Origin: Brevundimonas sp.
GTDB taxonomy: Bacteria; Pseudomonadota; Alphaproteobacteria; Caulobacterales; Caulobacteraceae
Reading direction: 5' to 3'
NCBI RefSeq assembly: GCF_036405315.1
Contig: NZ_DASWXW010000016.1
Location: forward strand, 5,134-69,133
Length of the DNA: 64,000 bases
Shown: positions 1 through 8,441 of the stretch, in pieces
Numbering within the stretch: the first letter of the stretch is position 1
Layout: every line of letters starts with the position of its first letter
Made by a program: the position numbers and the translations under genes
Notes under the pieces: model-generated
The model's database searches: none
Seen by the model: the letters and a program-made list of their open reading frames with translations, nothing else
What the model was told of the DNA's origin: nothing

Positions 1-942
1 GCCGCCGTGCGCGCCTTCGCCGGCGCCGAACGCATCAACCTGGTTGTGCTGCACCCGCTGGACCGCGTCTCGCCGGTGCAGCGCAAGCAGATGACGACGG
101 TTCAGGCCGACAACGTGCTGAATCTGGCCGTGCGCGGCGACTTCGACGACTGCCAGCGTCTGGTGAAGGGTCTGCTGGCCGAGGAATCCCTGCGCGACGG
201 CCGCCGCCTGTCGTCGGTCAACTCGATCAACTGGGGCCGGCTGGCGGGCCAGATCCCCTACTATGTCTCGGCCACGGCCCAGCTGGGTCAGGCGGCGACC
301 TTCGTCGTCCCCACCGGCAATTTCGGCGACGCCTTCGCGGGCATCGCGGCGAAGAAGATGGGCTTGCCGGTCAAGGGCTTCGTCGCCGCCGTCAATCAGA
401 ACGACGCCCTGGCCCGCGCTCTGAACGAGGGCGTCTACGCCCGCCGCCCCGCCGTCGAGAGCGGCAGCGTGTCGATGGACGTGCAGGCGCCGTCCAACTT
501 CGAACGCCTGGTCTATGAGGCCTCGGGCCGCGACGCCGAGGCGACCCGCGCCGTGTTCGAGACCTTCGCCCGCGAGGGGTCCGTCACCTTGCCTGCGGAC
601 CTGCTGGCCGCCCTGCGCGCCGAGGTGTCCGGGGTCTCGATCGACGAGGCGACGACCAAGGCCGAGATCGCCCACGCCCACGCCGCCTGGGGCCGCGTCG
701 TCTGCCCGCACACCGCCGTGGCCCTGGCCGCCGCGCGCCAACTGGACCGCGCCAACGGCCCCGTCGTCGCCCTGTCGACCGCCCACCCGTCCAAGTTCGG
801 CGCCTTTGTCTCGGATGTCCTGGGCTTCGAGCCGGAACCCGCCCCCGTCATCCGCGCCCTGGGCGACCAGCCCGAGCGCCTGACCATCATCGACAACACG
901 GCCGAGGCCGCGCTGGCCGCGGTCAGGGGCTTCGCCGGCTAA
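1..942 (+). CDS. thrC: Threonine synthase, 5'-truncated by window edge
   Basis: Motifs SSVNSINWGR, VPTGNFG, SMDVQAPSNFER, CPHTAVA, STAHPSKF; frame open from base 1. Confidence 0.93.
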   Translation, partial: AAVRAFAGAERINLVVLHPLDRVSPVQRKQMTTVQADNVLNLAVRGDFDDCQRLVKGLLAEESLRDGRRLSSVNSINWGRLAGQIPYYVSATAQLGQAATFVVPTGNFGDAFAGIAAKKMGLPVKGFVAAVNQNDALARALNEGVYARRPAVESGSVSMDVQAPSNFERLVYEASGRDAEATRAVFETFAREGSVTLPADLLAALRAEVSGVSIDEATTKAEIAHAHAAWGRVVCPHTAVALAAARQLDRANGPVVALSTAHPSKFGAFVSDVLGFEPEPAPVIRALGDQPERLTIIDNTAEAALAAVRGFAG

Positions 943-945
943 ACC

Positions 946-1890
946 CTAACCCACCGGGCGGGGGTGGCGCGGCGCCCCCTGGGGGCATTCCAGCGCCGCC
1001 CGGTCCCAGGCCGCCAGATCGGCGGCGGCCTCATACGTGGTCTCCAGAAAGGCGCAGAGGGCGGCGTCGGGATCGTCCTCGGCCCGCACCGCCGCATAGG
1101 GCAGGACGAACTCGCCGAGCCCTGCGTCCCAATGGGCCGCCACCGGCGAGACGGGCGCCGCGTCGAACCCCGGCGGCGCGGGATAGGCGTAGGCGTAGAA
1201 GCTGGGCTCGCGCCCCGGATCGCCGGGCCAGAAGCCGGCGCTGGAAACCTCATGCGAATAGGCCTCGCGCGTTACGTCGTCCGGCAGGTTCGGCACCCCG
1301 CCCGGATGCAGGGGCGCCGGTCGCCCCGAGAACCGCGTCACCGCCAGATCGAACGCGCCCCAGAACAGCTGGACGGGGCTGCACTTGCCCAGAAACCCGG
1401 TCCGGAACAGGTTGAACACCCGGTCCACCTGCACCAGCGCCCGCCAGTAGTCGCGTGCGACCTCGGGATCATAGGTGCGGAACCGCTCGTCCAGCGGAAA
1501 CGGCGTCGCCTCGGCCATTTCGTCCGGCGTCAGGTCGATGCGGCAGGCCACGCCCAGCGCGCTCAGAGCGTCCTGCACCTCGGCGTAGAAGTCAGCCACC
1601 GTCCCGGATTTCAGCCCGATCCGGCGCTCGCCCCCGTCGCTGACGCGGATGACCAGGGCCTGGGCGACAAGGTCGAACTCCATCGAAAAACCGACGCCGC
1701 CGTGGGGAATGAGGCCGGTCGTCAGCCCCCGCGCCGAGACCCGCAGCGTCACGTGCCAGCCGTGGTTCAGCCAGGGCGTCTGCGACAGCCGCGTCTTGCC
1801 GACGATCTGCGCCCACAGCTGCAGCGTTTCCATCGTCGGCCACAGCCTCGCCGCCGACAGTTCGGGCCATGCGTTCGCGCGCGCCGCCAT
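946..1890 (-). CDS. DUF5996 (Ava_C0101-like) family protein
   Basis: TLQLWAQIVGK, NHGWHVTL, FWGAFDLAVTRFSGR, YSHEVSSAGFWPG motifs. Confidence 0.8.
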   Translation of the reverse strand: MAARANAWPELSAARLWPTMETLQLWAQIVGKTRLSQTPWLNHGWHVTLRVSARGLTTGLIPHGGVGFSMEFDLVAQALVIRVSDGGERRIGLKSGTVADFYAEVQDALSALGVACRIDLTPDEMAEATPFPLDERFRTYDPEVARDYWRALVQVDRVFNLFRTGFLGKCSPVQLFWGAFDLAVTRFSGRPAPLHPGGVPNLPDDVTREAYSHEVSSAGFWPGDPGREPSFYAYAYPAPPGFDAAPVSPVAAHWDAGLGEFVLPYAAVRAEDDPDAALCAFLETTYEAAADLAAWDRAALECPQGAPRHPRPVG

Positions 1891-1917
1891 CCGAAGCCTC
1901 CTCGCCTGCCCCCTGCC

Positions 1918-2223
1918 TCAAAATCCCGCGCGGCGGGATCGTTGCATGGCGAACCGCCCCAGACCGGAAGCGGGCCTGCTTAATGTCCGCCAAGGATAGC
2001 GGTCGCTAGGCGGGAACTTATCGGACCACACCTTCATCCGCTTCCGCATCCAGCCTGCGAGGATGATGAAGGCGGCGGAAACCAAGGTCATGGTCGCGCA
2101 GAAAAACGCGGAGAGTTTGTCCCCATCGCGCAGGAAGGCGATGGCCAGAACGAGTGACCCCATCAGCACCAGCATGCCCACAAGCTGGGCCGCGTGGGAG
2201 ATCATCGAGTAGGTTCTGAGCAT
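1918..2223 (-). CDS. Low-GC hypothetical membrane protein (2 TM); 3' end reads through palindromic repeats
   Basis: Two hydrophobic segments; atypical codon usage; tail DRYPWRTL is encoded by repeat copy 1982-2004. Confidence 0.55.
   Translation of the reverse strand: MLRTYSMISHAAQLVGMLVLMGSLVLAIAFLRDGDKLSAFFCATMTLVSAAFIILAGWMRKRMKVWSDKFPPSDRYPWRTLSRPASGLGRFAMQRSRRAGF
1952..1975 (-). repeat. Degenerate GTCCGC/GCGGAC palindromic element
   Basis: Minus strand GCCCGC-TTCCGGTCTGGG-GCGGTT, 12-nt spacer. Confidence 0.45.
1982..2004 (-). repeat. GTCCGC/GCGGAC palindromic element
   Basis: Minus strand GACCGC-TATCCTTG-GCGGAC-ATT. Confidence 0.65.
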
Positions 2224-2227
2224 ACCG

Positions 2228-2569
2228 TCAGCTAGCTGTCTTTGGGGGCAGTTGACGGAGGTTCGCTCGGGCCTTCTGTGTTGACCAAAGCGCCAAGCGG
2301 GCGCGGTCAGGCTTGGCGCGTTCGATCATGACCGTCGCTCCCCGCTCCTGAAGAAACCGACGCAGGCGCTTGCCGTTTCGTCGCCCCCATACACCGACGT
2401 AGCAAGTGAAAAGTCCGCGCCTGTAAAAGACCGCGCCGCTGAAAGTCTTGGAGAGTTCCTTCACCCTCATGAACTTCGATAAGGCCCCACGCTCGACGAC
2501 GCAGACATGCGTATCGCCATCAGGGCTGAAATTCAGATCGCGAAATGCGTAGGCCGTCAGCGGCTTCAT
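2228..2569 (-). CDS. Low-GC hypothetical basic protein
   Basis: ORF MKPLTAYAF...PKTAS, 113 aa; stop 4 nt before next ATG; upstream extension in ORF track is repeat-derived (SDPLRTF). Confidence 0.55.
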   Translation of the reverse strand: MKPLTAYAFRDLNFSPDGDTHVCVVERGALSKFMRVKELSKTFSGAVFYRRGLFTCYVGVWGRRNGKRLRRFLQERGATVMIERAKPDRARLALWSTQKARANLRQLPPKTAS

Positions 2570-2594
2570 GGGGCCATGATTGCAAGCAAGTGCG

Positions 2595-2622
2595 AAGGTC
2601 CGCAATGGGTCCGAAAGCGGCC
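2595..2622 (-). repeat. GTCCGC/GCGGAC palindromic element
   Basis: Minus strand GGCCGC-TTTCGGACCCATT-GCGGAC-CTT. Confidence 0.7.
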
Positions 2623-2651
2623 CCTCGCCCGAACGCAAGAAGCCGCCCTCC

Positions 2652-3614
2652 TCAAACCGTCTCCGCCGCCTTCCAGTAGTCCAGCCGTCGGAAGAAGGGG
2701 GCCGGGTCTTTTGGCGTGACCAGGTTGGCGGGGTCGTGGAAGATGCGGTCGTGCAGGCGGGTCAGGGTGAAGCGCACCGCCGCCGCCGCGCCCAGTCCGG
2801 GAAGCGCGTCCGCCTCGGCCGGCGTCAGGGGACGCACGGACTCGTATCCCTTCTGGAAGGCGCGCAGGGCCACGGGCATGGGCCGGCCCTCGGCGTCGAA
2901 GCCCCAGGCGCTGAGCGCGATGGCCAGGTCATAGGCCAGGACGTCGGTGCAGCCGAAATAGAAGTCGATCACCCCGCCGACGTCGCTCTGGCCGTGCTCG
3001 TTCGTGGCGAACAGGACGTTGTCGGGGAAGTAGTCGGCGTGGATCGGTCCGCGCGGCAGGGCCGGATCGCTCCACGGCTCGGCCAGACGCGGCAGCAGGG
3101 CCTTGATCTGGTCCAGCATCTTGCGGTCGATCCCCTTGGCGGGCCCGTCACAGCGCGCAACCAGGGCCGCCCAGGCCTCGGGCCCGACGGGGTTTTTCCG
3201 CTCCATCGCGAAATCGGCGGCGTCGAGGTGCAGCAGGGCCAGCACCTGTCCCGCGCGATACTGCTCCTTGTCCGAGGGCTGACGCTTCCAGGCGCCCGGC
3301 GCCCAGTGCAGGATGGCGGCGGCGCGGTCGTTCAGACGGCCGATGATCTCGCCCTGACGGTCCGCCACCGGCGACGGCGTCGGGAAGCCGCGCGCCGCCA
3401 GATGCCGGGTCAGACCCAGGCAAAAGGGCAGAGACGCCGCGTCCGTCCGCCCCTCGAACAGGGTCAGGACATAGGCCCCCGACGTGGTCTCCAGCTTGTA
3501 GTTGGTGTTCTCGACCCCCTCGGCGATCGGCGTCAGCGCGACCAGATCGCCCAGGGGGTAACGCATGAGATAGTCGGCGGCCTGATCGGGCGTGACGGGC
3601 GTGAAGACAGCCAT
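2652..3614 (-). CDS. thrB: Homoserine kinase, type II (APH-like)
   Basis: MAVFTPV, GVENTNY, YVLTLFE, IHADYFPDNVLF, IDFYF, KDP motifs; ATG at 3614. Confidence 0.93.
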   Translation of the reverse strand: MAVFTPVTPDQAADYLMRYPLGDLVALTPIAEGVENTNYKLETTSGAYVLTLFEGRTDAASLPFCLGLTRHLAARGFPTPSPVADRQGEIIGRLNDRAAAILHWAPGAWKRQPSDKEQYRAGQVLALLHLDAADFAMERKNPVGPEAWAALVARCDGPAKGIDRKMLDQIKALLPRLAEPWSDPALPRGPIHADYFPDNVLFATNEHGQSDVGGVIDFYFGCTDVLAYDLAIALSAWGFDAEGRPMPVALRAFQKGYESVRPLTPAEADALPGLGAAAAVRFTLTRLHDRIFHDPANLVTPKDPAPFFRRLDYWKAAETV

Positions 3615-3616
3615 GT

Positions 3617-5359
3617 CTAGACCAGCTCCGCCGCCGCGCGACGGGCGCGCACCACGTCGGCCACGTCGGCCAGCACGCTTTCGGTCGTGGCCCAGCGCCC
3701 GGCTCCGCGCCCCTTGCACGTCCAGACGCGACCGTCCTGACCATAGACTTTCAAGGCGTTTCTCTCTCCGTTCAGCGACTGGAAGAGCGCGTCTTTCAGG
3801 TCGCCGTCAAGGCGGACCGAGGCGTCCAGATGGCCGCCCCTATCATGACAGGCGCCGATCTGGCGCACCTGGCGGTCGCCCAGCGGCGTTTCGGCCGACA
3901 GTTCGTCGCGCGGCAGGTCGGCGGGGGCGCGGCCGAAGGCCTCGAAGGACAGCAGCTTGACCTTGGCGGCGGCGTCGTGGCCCTCCAGATCCGAGGATGG
4001 GTCTTCCTCGGCGAAGCCCGCCACGCGGGCGTCGGACAGGGCGTCGGCAAAGGCCGCCCCCTCGCCCAGACGTTGCAGCATGAAGTTGACCGTGCCGTTC
4101 AGCACCGCCTCGAACCCGGCGACGGGACCGGCGGCGCGGGCGGCGCGCAAGGTCTCGATCATCGGCGCCCCGCCGCCGACCGAGGCCGACCAGGCGACGC
4201 GACAGCCGTTGGCGGCGGCCAGGGCCTGAAGCCCCGCCGGATCGCGGGCCACGGCCTGCTTGTTGGCGCTGACCACGTCGCAGCCGGCCTCCAGCGCGCG
4301 ACGGATCAGGGCGTGACCGGCCTCGCCTTCCGACAGGGCCTCCAGCAAGAGGTCCGGCTTCTTGGCCAGCAGGGCCTCGACGTCGTTGGTGAACAGGTCG
4401 GCCGGGGCCGCCACGTCGCGTTTCTTGCCCGGATTGCGGACCAGAACCCCCACCACCTCATAGCGTTTGTCCGGCAGCAGGCGGTTCAGCAGGCCGCCGC
4501 CGACCACGCCGCAACCGGCCAGGGCCACCCGCAACGGCGCGTTCGACTGCACCGGGCCGGGAGGCGCCCCGCGCTCGCCGACCACCGTGCCCTCGGCGCG
4601 GCCCAGGGCGGCCACCTCGATCTCGACCCCGCGCGCCTCGCCCAGGTCGATGGCGTCATGCTGGACCAGGGCCCCGCCCAGACGGCGCGCCGTCTCCCAA
4701 CTGGCGCGGCGATAGCGCAGCGGCGTCCCCGTCTCCGAGGCCGGATCACGGTCGTAGAGGCCGTCGACATCCTTCACCAGGCGCACCCGGTCCAGGCCCA
4801 GCTCGGCGGCCAGAACCACCGCCGTCAGGTCCGATCCGCCGCGCCCCAGCAGGGCCACGCGGCCGTTCGCGCGCACCCCGCCGAAGCCGGGAACCACCAC
4901 CACCTCATGCTCGGCCAGGGCGCCGTGCAGCCGCTCGCCCTTCAGGCTGACCGGCCGGGCGTGCTGGGCCGGACCCTCGACCACGATCCCCAGTTCCCGC
5001 ACCGACAGACCCACCGCGTCCAGACCCACCCGGTCGCAGGCGATGGCGACCAGGGCCGCCGCCTTCTCCTCGCCCAGCACCACATAGGCGGGCAGCAGTT
5101 CGTTCTCGTGATCCAGACCCAGGGCGCGGGCGTCGGCCAGCAGCCGGTCGGTGTGCCCCGACAGGGCTGAAACCACCGCCACCACCTTCCGCCCGGCGCG
5201 GACGTGACCGTAGATTTCCGAGGCCACGGCGGGGGCTTCGGCGGCGTTGCGCAGGACGGAGGAGCCGAACTTAAGCACCACGACTTCGGCGGCCACGGGG
5301 GCGTCGAGGGCCGCTTGCGGTTTCTGTTGATCGGCGACGAGAGCGAGAGAGGCGGGCAT
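3617..5359 (-). CDS. Aspartokinase-homoserine dehydrogenase fusion lacking ACT domains
   Basis: KFGSS and LLGRGGSDLTA, KDVDG (AK), followed directly by GCGVVGGG, SANK, LNGTVNF, GFAEEDPSSDLEG (HSD); 580 aa. Confidence 0.88.
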   Translation of the reverse strand: MPASLALVADQQKPQAALDAPVAAEVVVLKFGSSVLRNAAEAPAVASEIYGHVRAGRKVVAVVSALSGHTDRLLADARALGLDHENELLPAYVVLGEEKAAALVAIACDRVGLDAVGLSVRELGIVVEGPAQHARPVSLKGERLHGALAEHEVVVVPGFGGVRANGRVALLGRGGSDLTAVVLAAELGLDRVRLVKDVDGLYDRDPASETGTPLRYRRASWETARRLGGALVQHDAIDLGEARGVEIEVAALGRAEGTVVGERGAPPGPVQSNAPLRVALAGCGVVGGGLLNRLLPDKRYEVVGVLVRNPGKKRDVAAPADLFTNDVEALLAKKPDLLLEALSEGEAGHALIRRALEAGCDVVSANKQAVARDPAGLQALAAANGCRVAWSASVGGGAPMIETLRAARAAGPVAGFEAVLNGTVNFMLQRLGEGAAFADALSDARVAGFAEEDPSSDLEGHDAAAKVKLLSFEAFGRAPADLPRDELSAETPLGDRQVRQIGACHDRGGHLDASVRLDGDLKDALFQSLNGERNALKVYGQDGRVWTCKGRGAGRWATTESVLADVADVVRARRAAAELV

Positions 5360-5426
5360 CGGGGTGTTCCTGAAGGCGGGGTCTGACGGGGAGGTCGGGG
5401 AGAAGGTCGAGGTGGGCTCGGGCCAT

Positions 5427-5457
5427 AAAAAAACCCGCCCGGGGGTCCCGGGCGGGT
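5427..5457 (-). terminator. Attenuator terminator hairpin of thr leader
   Basis: Minus strand ACCCGCCCGGG-ACC-CCCGGGCGGGT followed by T run. Confidence 0.9.
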
Positions 5458-5494
5458 GATCGGTTTTCTGCGTTTTTCGCCTAGACGGCGCGCA

Positions 5495-5596
5495 TCATCC
5501 GGTCCCCGCCCGCGAGGGCATGGTGGTGGTACCGGTGGTCGTAATCATGGACGCGAAGAGACCCGTCGCCGAGGCGGCGATCGCGGTCATCTGCAT
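5495..5596 (-). CDS. Thr/Ile/Met-rich leader peptide MQMTAIAASATGLFASMITTTGTTTMPSRAGTG (alternative start 5548)
   Basis: Run ATG ATT ACG ACC ACC GGT ACC ACC ACC ATG upstream of terminator; antiterminator CGGGCGGG at 5505-5512. Confidence 0.85.
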   Translation of the reverse strand: MQMTAIAASATGLFASMITTTGTTTMPSRAGTG

Positions 5597-5805
5597 GCTG
5601 GCGAGGCGGTGAAGCACAGGCGGCGTCCGGTTGAAAATCTGACCTCAAGGTGTTCCAGGACCCCGCACCGCGTCAACCCCGAAAAGAACAAATTTTTCTC
5701 GAACCGACCAAATAGGCGCGATTTCACCGACGGATTACGCAGCCAGGCCCAAATGAGGTGAATTTTTCCGCTTGACCGGCGCTCTTCGCAACCGCAACGT
5801 AAGGT

Positions 5806-5929
5806 CACTCATCAAGACCGGCTGAGGGATTAGGCCCTTTGACGCCGGGGCAACCATCGGGTTCCGCCCGAAACGGTGCCAACTCCTGCGGGGTTTTCAG
5901 GCTTGCCTGAAAATCGCGAGAGATGGGTG
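5806..5929 (+). ncRNA. SAM-I (S-box) riboswitch
   Basis: CACTCATC/GATGGGTG P1; AUCAAGA, GAGGGA, GGCCC, GGCAACC, GGUGCCAA, CCUGC core motifs in canonical order; upstream of metX. Confidence 0.88.
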
Positions 5930-6009
5930 GAGCATCGACGAGGCGGCGCTCCACGGTCTGTCACTGCATGGGTTCCTTGGCGAGCCGTTTTGCTGAGTGA
6001 CCGAGACCC

Positions 6010-7077
6010 ATGACCCTGGCCCTGATCGAACCCGTCGCCCCCGCCGAAGAGCCCGCCTGTCGGCCTGCGTCTGCACGCCGTCCGTCCGAGCTGCTGTCGC
6101 GCGACGGAGCCCATGACGTCGTCGTCCCGATCCCAGACGGCTTCCCGCTCGATTTCGGCGGCGCCCTGAACCAGAAACAGATCGTGGGCCGCCTGCACGG
6201 CAAGGCCGGCGCCCCCCTGATCGTCGTGGCCGGCGGCATCTCGGCCGACCGCTACGTCCACCGCACCGAGACCAAGGGCCTGGGCTGGTGGTCGGGCGCC
6301 GTGGGCGTGCGCGCCCCCATCGACCTGACCCGGTTCCGCGTCCTGGCCTTTGATTTCGCCCCGGAGTTCGGCGAGGGCGTCAAAGACGCCAAGACCCCGC
6401 TGACCATCACCACCCAGGATCAGGCGCGGCTGCTGGCCCTGCTGCTGGATCACCTCGGCGTGGACAAGGTCGCGGCCTTCATCGGCTGCTCCTACGGCGG
6501 CATGATCGCCCTGGCCTTCGGCGAGATCTTCCCCGACTGGGCCGAGCAGCTGGTGGTGGTGTCCGCCGCCCACCGCCCTCACCCCCTGGCCACGGCCTGG
6601 CGCGGCATCCAGCGCCGCATCCTGCAGCTGGGCCTGGAAACCGGCCGCGTCGATCAGGCCGTGGGTCTGGCCCGCGAGCTGGCCATGACCACCTATCGCA
6701 CCCAGGAAGAGTTCGGCGAACGCTTCGATTCCGAGGCCCCCAGCCACGCAGGGCAAGCCTATCCCGTCTGCGACTATCTGACGGCGCGCGGCCGGGCCTA
6801 CCGCGACCGCACCACGCCGTCGCGCTGGCTGACCCTGTCGGACTCCATCGACCGCCACCGGGTCGAGCCCGAGGCCATCACCGCCCCCGTCACCCTGGTC
6901 GGCTTCACCACCGACCGCCTGTGCCCCATCGACGACATGAGGGAGCTGGCCGCGCGCCTGCCCAACCTCTGGCGCTTCGAACAACACCCCTCCCTCTACG
7001 GCCACGACGCCTTCTTGAAGGAAGACGCCCTGGTCGCCGACATCCTGACTTCCGTACTAAAGGACATCGACCAATGA
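6010..7077 (+). CDS. metX: Homoserine O-acyl(succinyl)transferase, alpha/beta hydrolase
   Basis: GGISA, GCSYGG nucleophile, ARELAMTTYR, YGHDAFLKE; precedes metB. Confidence 0.88.
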   Translation: MTLALIEPVAPAEEPACRPASARRPSELLSRDGAHDVVVPIPDGFPLDFGGALNQKQIVGRLHGKAGAPLIVVAGGISADRYVHRTETKGLGWWSGAVGVRAPIDLTRFRVLAFDFAPEFGEGVKDAKTPLTITTQDQARLLALLLDHLGVDKVAAFIGCSYGGMIALAFGEIFPDWAEQLVVVSAAHRPHPLATAWRGIQRRILQLGLETGRVDQAVGLARELAMTTYRTQEEFGERFDSEAPSHAGQAYPVCDYLTARGRAYRDRTTPSRWLTLSDSIDRHRVEPEAITAPVTLVGFTTDRLCPIDDMRELAARLPNLWRFEQHPSLYGHDAFLKEDALVADILTSVLKDIDQ

Positions 7078-8252
7078 GCCGCGCCCGTCCCGCCGACCCC
7101 CGCACCATCGCCGCCCGCTCGGGCGTCGATACGGATACGGCCCACGGCGCGGTCATGCCGCCGCTCTATCTGTCGTCCAACTACTCCTTCGCCGGCTTCG
7201 ACCAGAAGCGGAAATACGACTACTCGCGCTCGGGCAATCCGACCCGCGACGTCCTGGCCGAAACCCTGGCCGAGCTGGAAGGCGGCGCCGGCGCCGTCGT
7301 CACCGCCACCGGCATGGCCGCAGTCGATCTGCCGCTGTCCCTGCTGAACCCCGGCGAGCTGCTGATCGCGCCGCACGACTGTTACGGCGGCACCCATCGC
7401 CTGCTGTGCGCCCGCGCCAGGAAGGGGCACTTCCGCGTCGCCTTCGTCGATCAGAACAACGCAGAGGCCCTGGACGCGGCCCTGGCCGACGACGCGAAGC
7501 TGGTGCTGATCGAGACCCCGTCCAACCCCCTGCTGCGGGTCGTGGACGTGGCCGATGTCTGTCGTCGCGCCCATGCCGTCGGGGCCAAGGTGGTGTGCGA
7601 CAACACCTTCCTGTCGCCGGCTCTGCAACGCCCGCTGGAGCTGGGCGCCGACATCGTCGTCCACTCGACCACCAAATACATCAACGGCCACTCCGACGTG
7701 GTCGGCGGCGCCGTGATCGCGGCGGACCCGGCCGACCACGCCGAACTGGCCTGGTGGGCCAACTGCCTGGGCGTCACCGGATCTCCGTTCGACGCCTATC
7801 AGACCCTGCGGGGCTTACGCACCCTCTTCACCCGCATCGAACGCCAGCAGGCCACCGCCGGGCTGGTCGCCGCCGTCCTGGAACAGCACCCGGCGGTCAA
7901 GGCCGTCCACTATCCGGGCCTCACGTCCCACCCTGGCCACGCCCTGGCGACGCGCCAGCAGTCAGGACCGGGCGCCATGCTCAGCTTCGAGCTGAACGGC
8001 GGCACGGACGCCGTGCGCGCCCTGATCGAGGCCCTCGACATCTTCACCCTGGCCGAGTCCCTGGGCGGGGTGGAAAGCCTGATCGCCCACCCGGCCACCA
8101 TGACCCACGCCGCCATGACGCCTGAGGCTCGGGTGACGGCGGGCATCACCGACGGCCTGATCCGCCTGTCGGTCGGACTGGAGCATCAGGACGACATCCT
8201 GGCCGACCTGGTTCAGGCGCTGGACGCCCTGGTGCTGCAACAGGCCGCCTGA
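7074..8252 (+). CDS. metB: Cystathionine gamma-synthase / O-succinylhomoserine (thiol)-lyase
   Basis: YDYSRSGNPTR, ETPSNP, DNTF, HSTTKYINGHSDV, AESLGGVESL; ATGA overlap with metX. Confidence 0.92.
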   Translation: MSRARPADPRTIAARSGVDTDTAHGAVMPPLYLSSNYSFAGFDQKRKYDYSRSGNPTRDVLAETLAELEGGAGAVVTATGMAAVDLPLSLLNPGELLIAPHDCYGGTHRLLCARARKGHFRVAFVDQNNAEALDAALADDAKLVLIETPSNPLLRVVDVADVCRRAHAVGAKVVCDNTFLSPALQRPLELGADIVVHSTTKYINGHSDVVGGAVIAADPADHAELAWWANCLGVTGSPFDAYQTLRGLRTLFTRIERQQATAGLVAAVLEQHPAVKAVHYPGLTSHPGHALATRQQSGPGAMLSFELNGGTDAVRALIEALDIFTLAESLGGVESLIAHPATMTHAAMTPEARVTAGITDGLIRLSVGLEHQDDILADLVQALDALVLQQAA

Positions 8253-8262
8253 CGCTTAGGCG

Positions 8263-8431
8263 CTTCCCTCCCTGTCGCGCAGCGATAGGGTGGAGGAACA
8301 GGCGTAGGACACGCCTGGACGACGGGCGCGGCGGCGCAGCCGACGTGACGGAGGGGGCGACTCGACGTCAGCCGCCAGCGTCGCCCCCGCCACCGCTACG
8401 CGGTCCCCCACCCCCATTCATGGGGAGGAAA
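8263..8431. repeat. Degenerate Caulobacter CIR-like intergenic palindromic repeat
   Basis: GGAGGGGGCGAC...GTCGCCCCC inverted arms with GACTC (GANTC) at 8359-8363, CCGCTACGCGGTCCCCC..TGGGGAGGA; between convergent genes. Confidence 0.5.
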
Positions 8432-8441
8432 GCTGTTCTTG

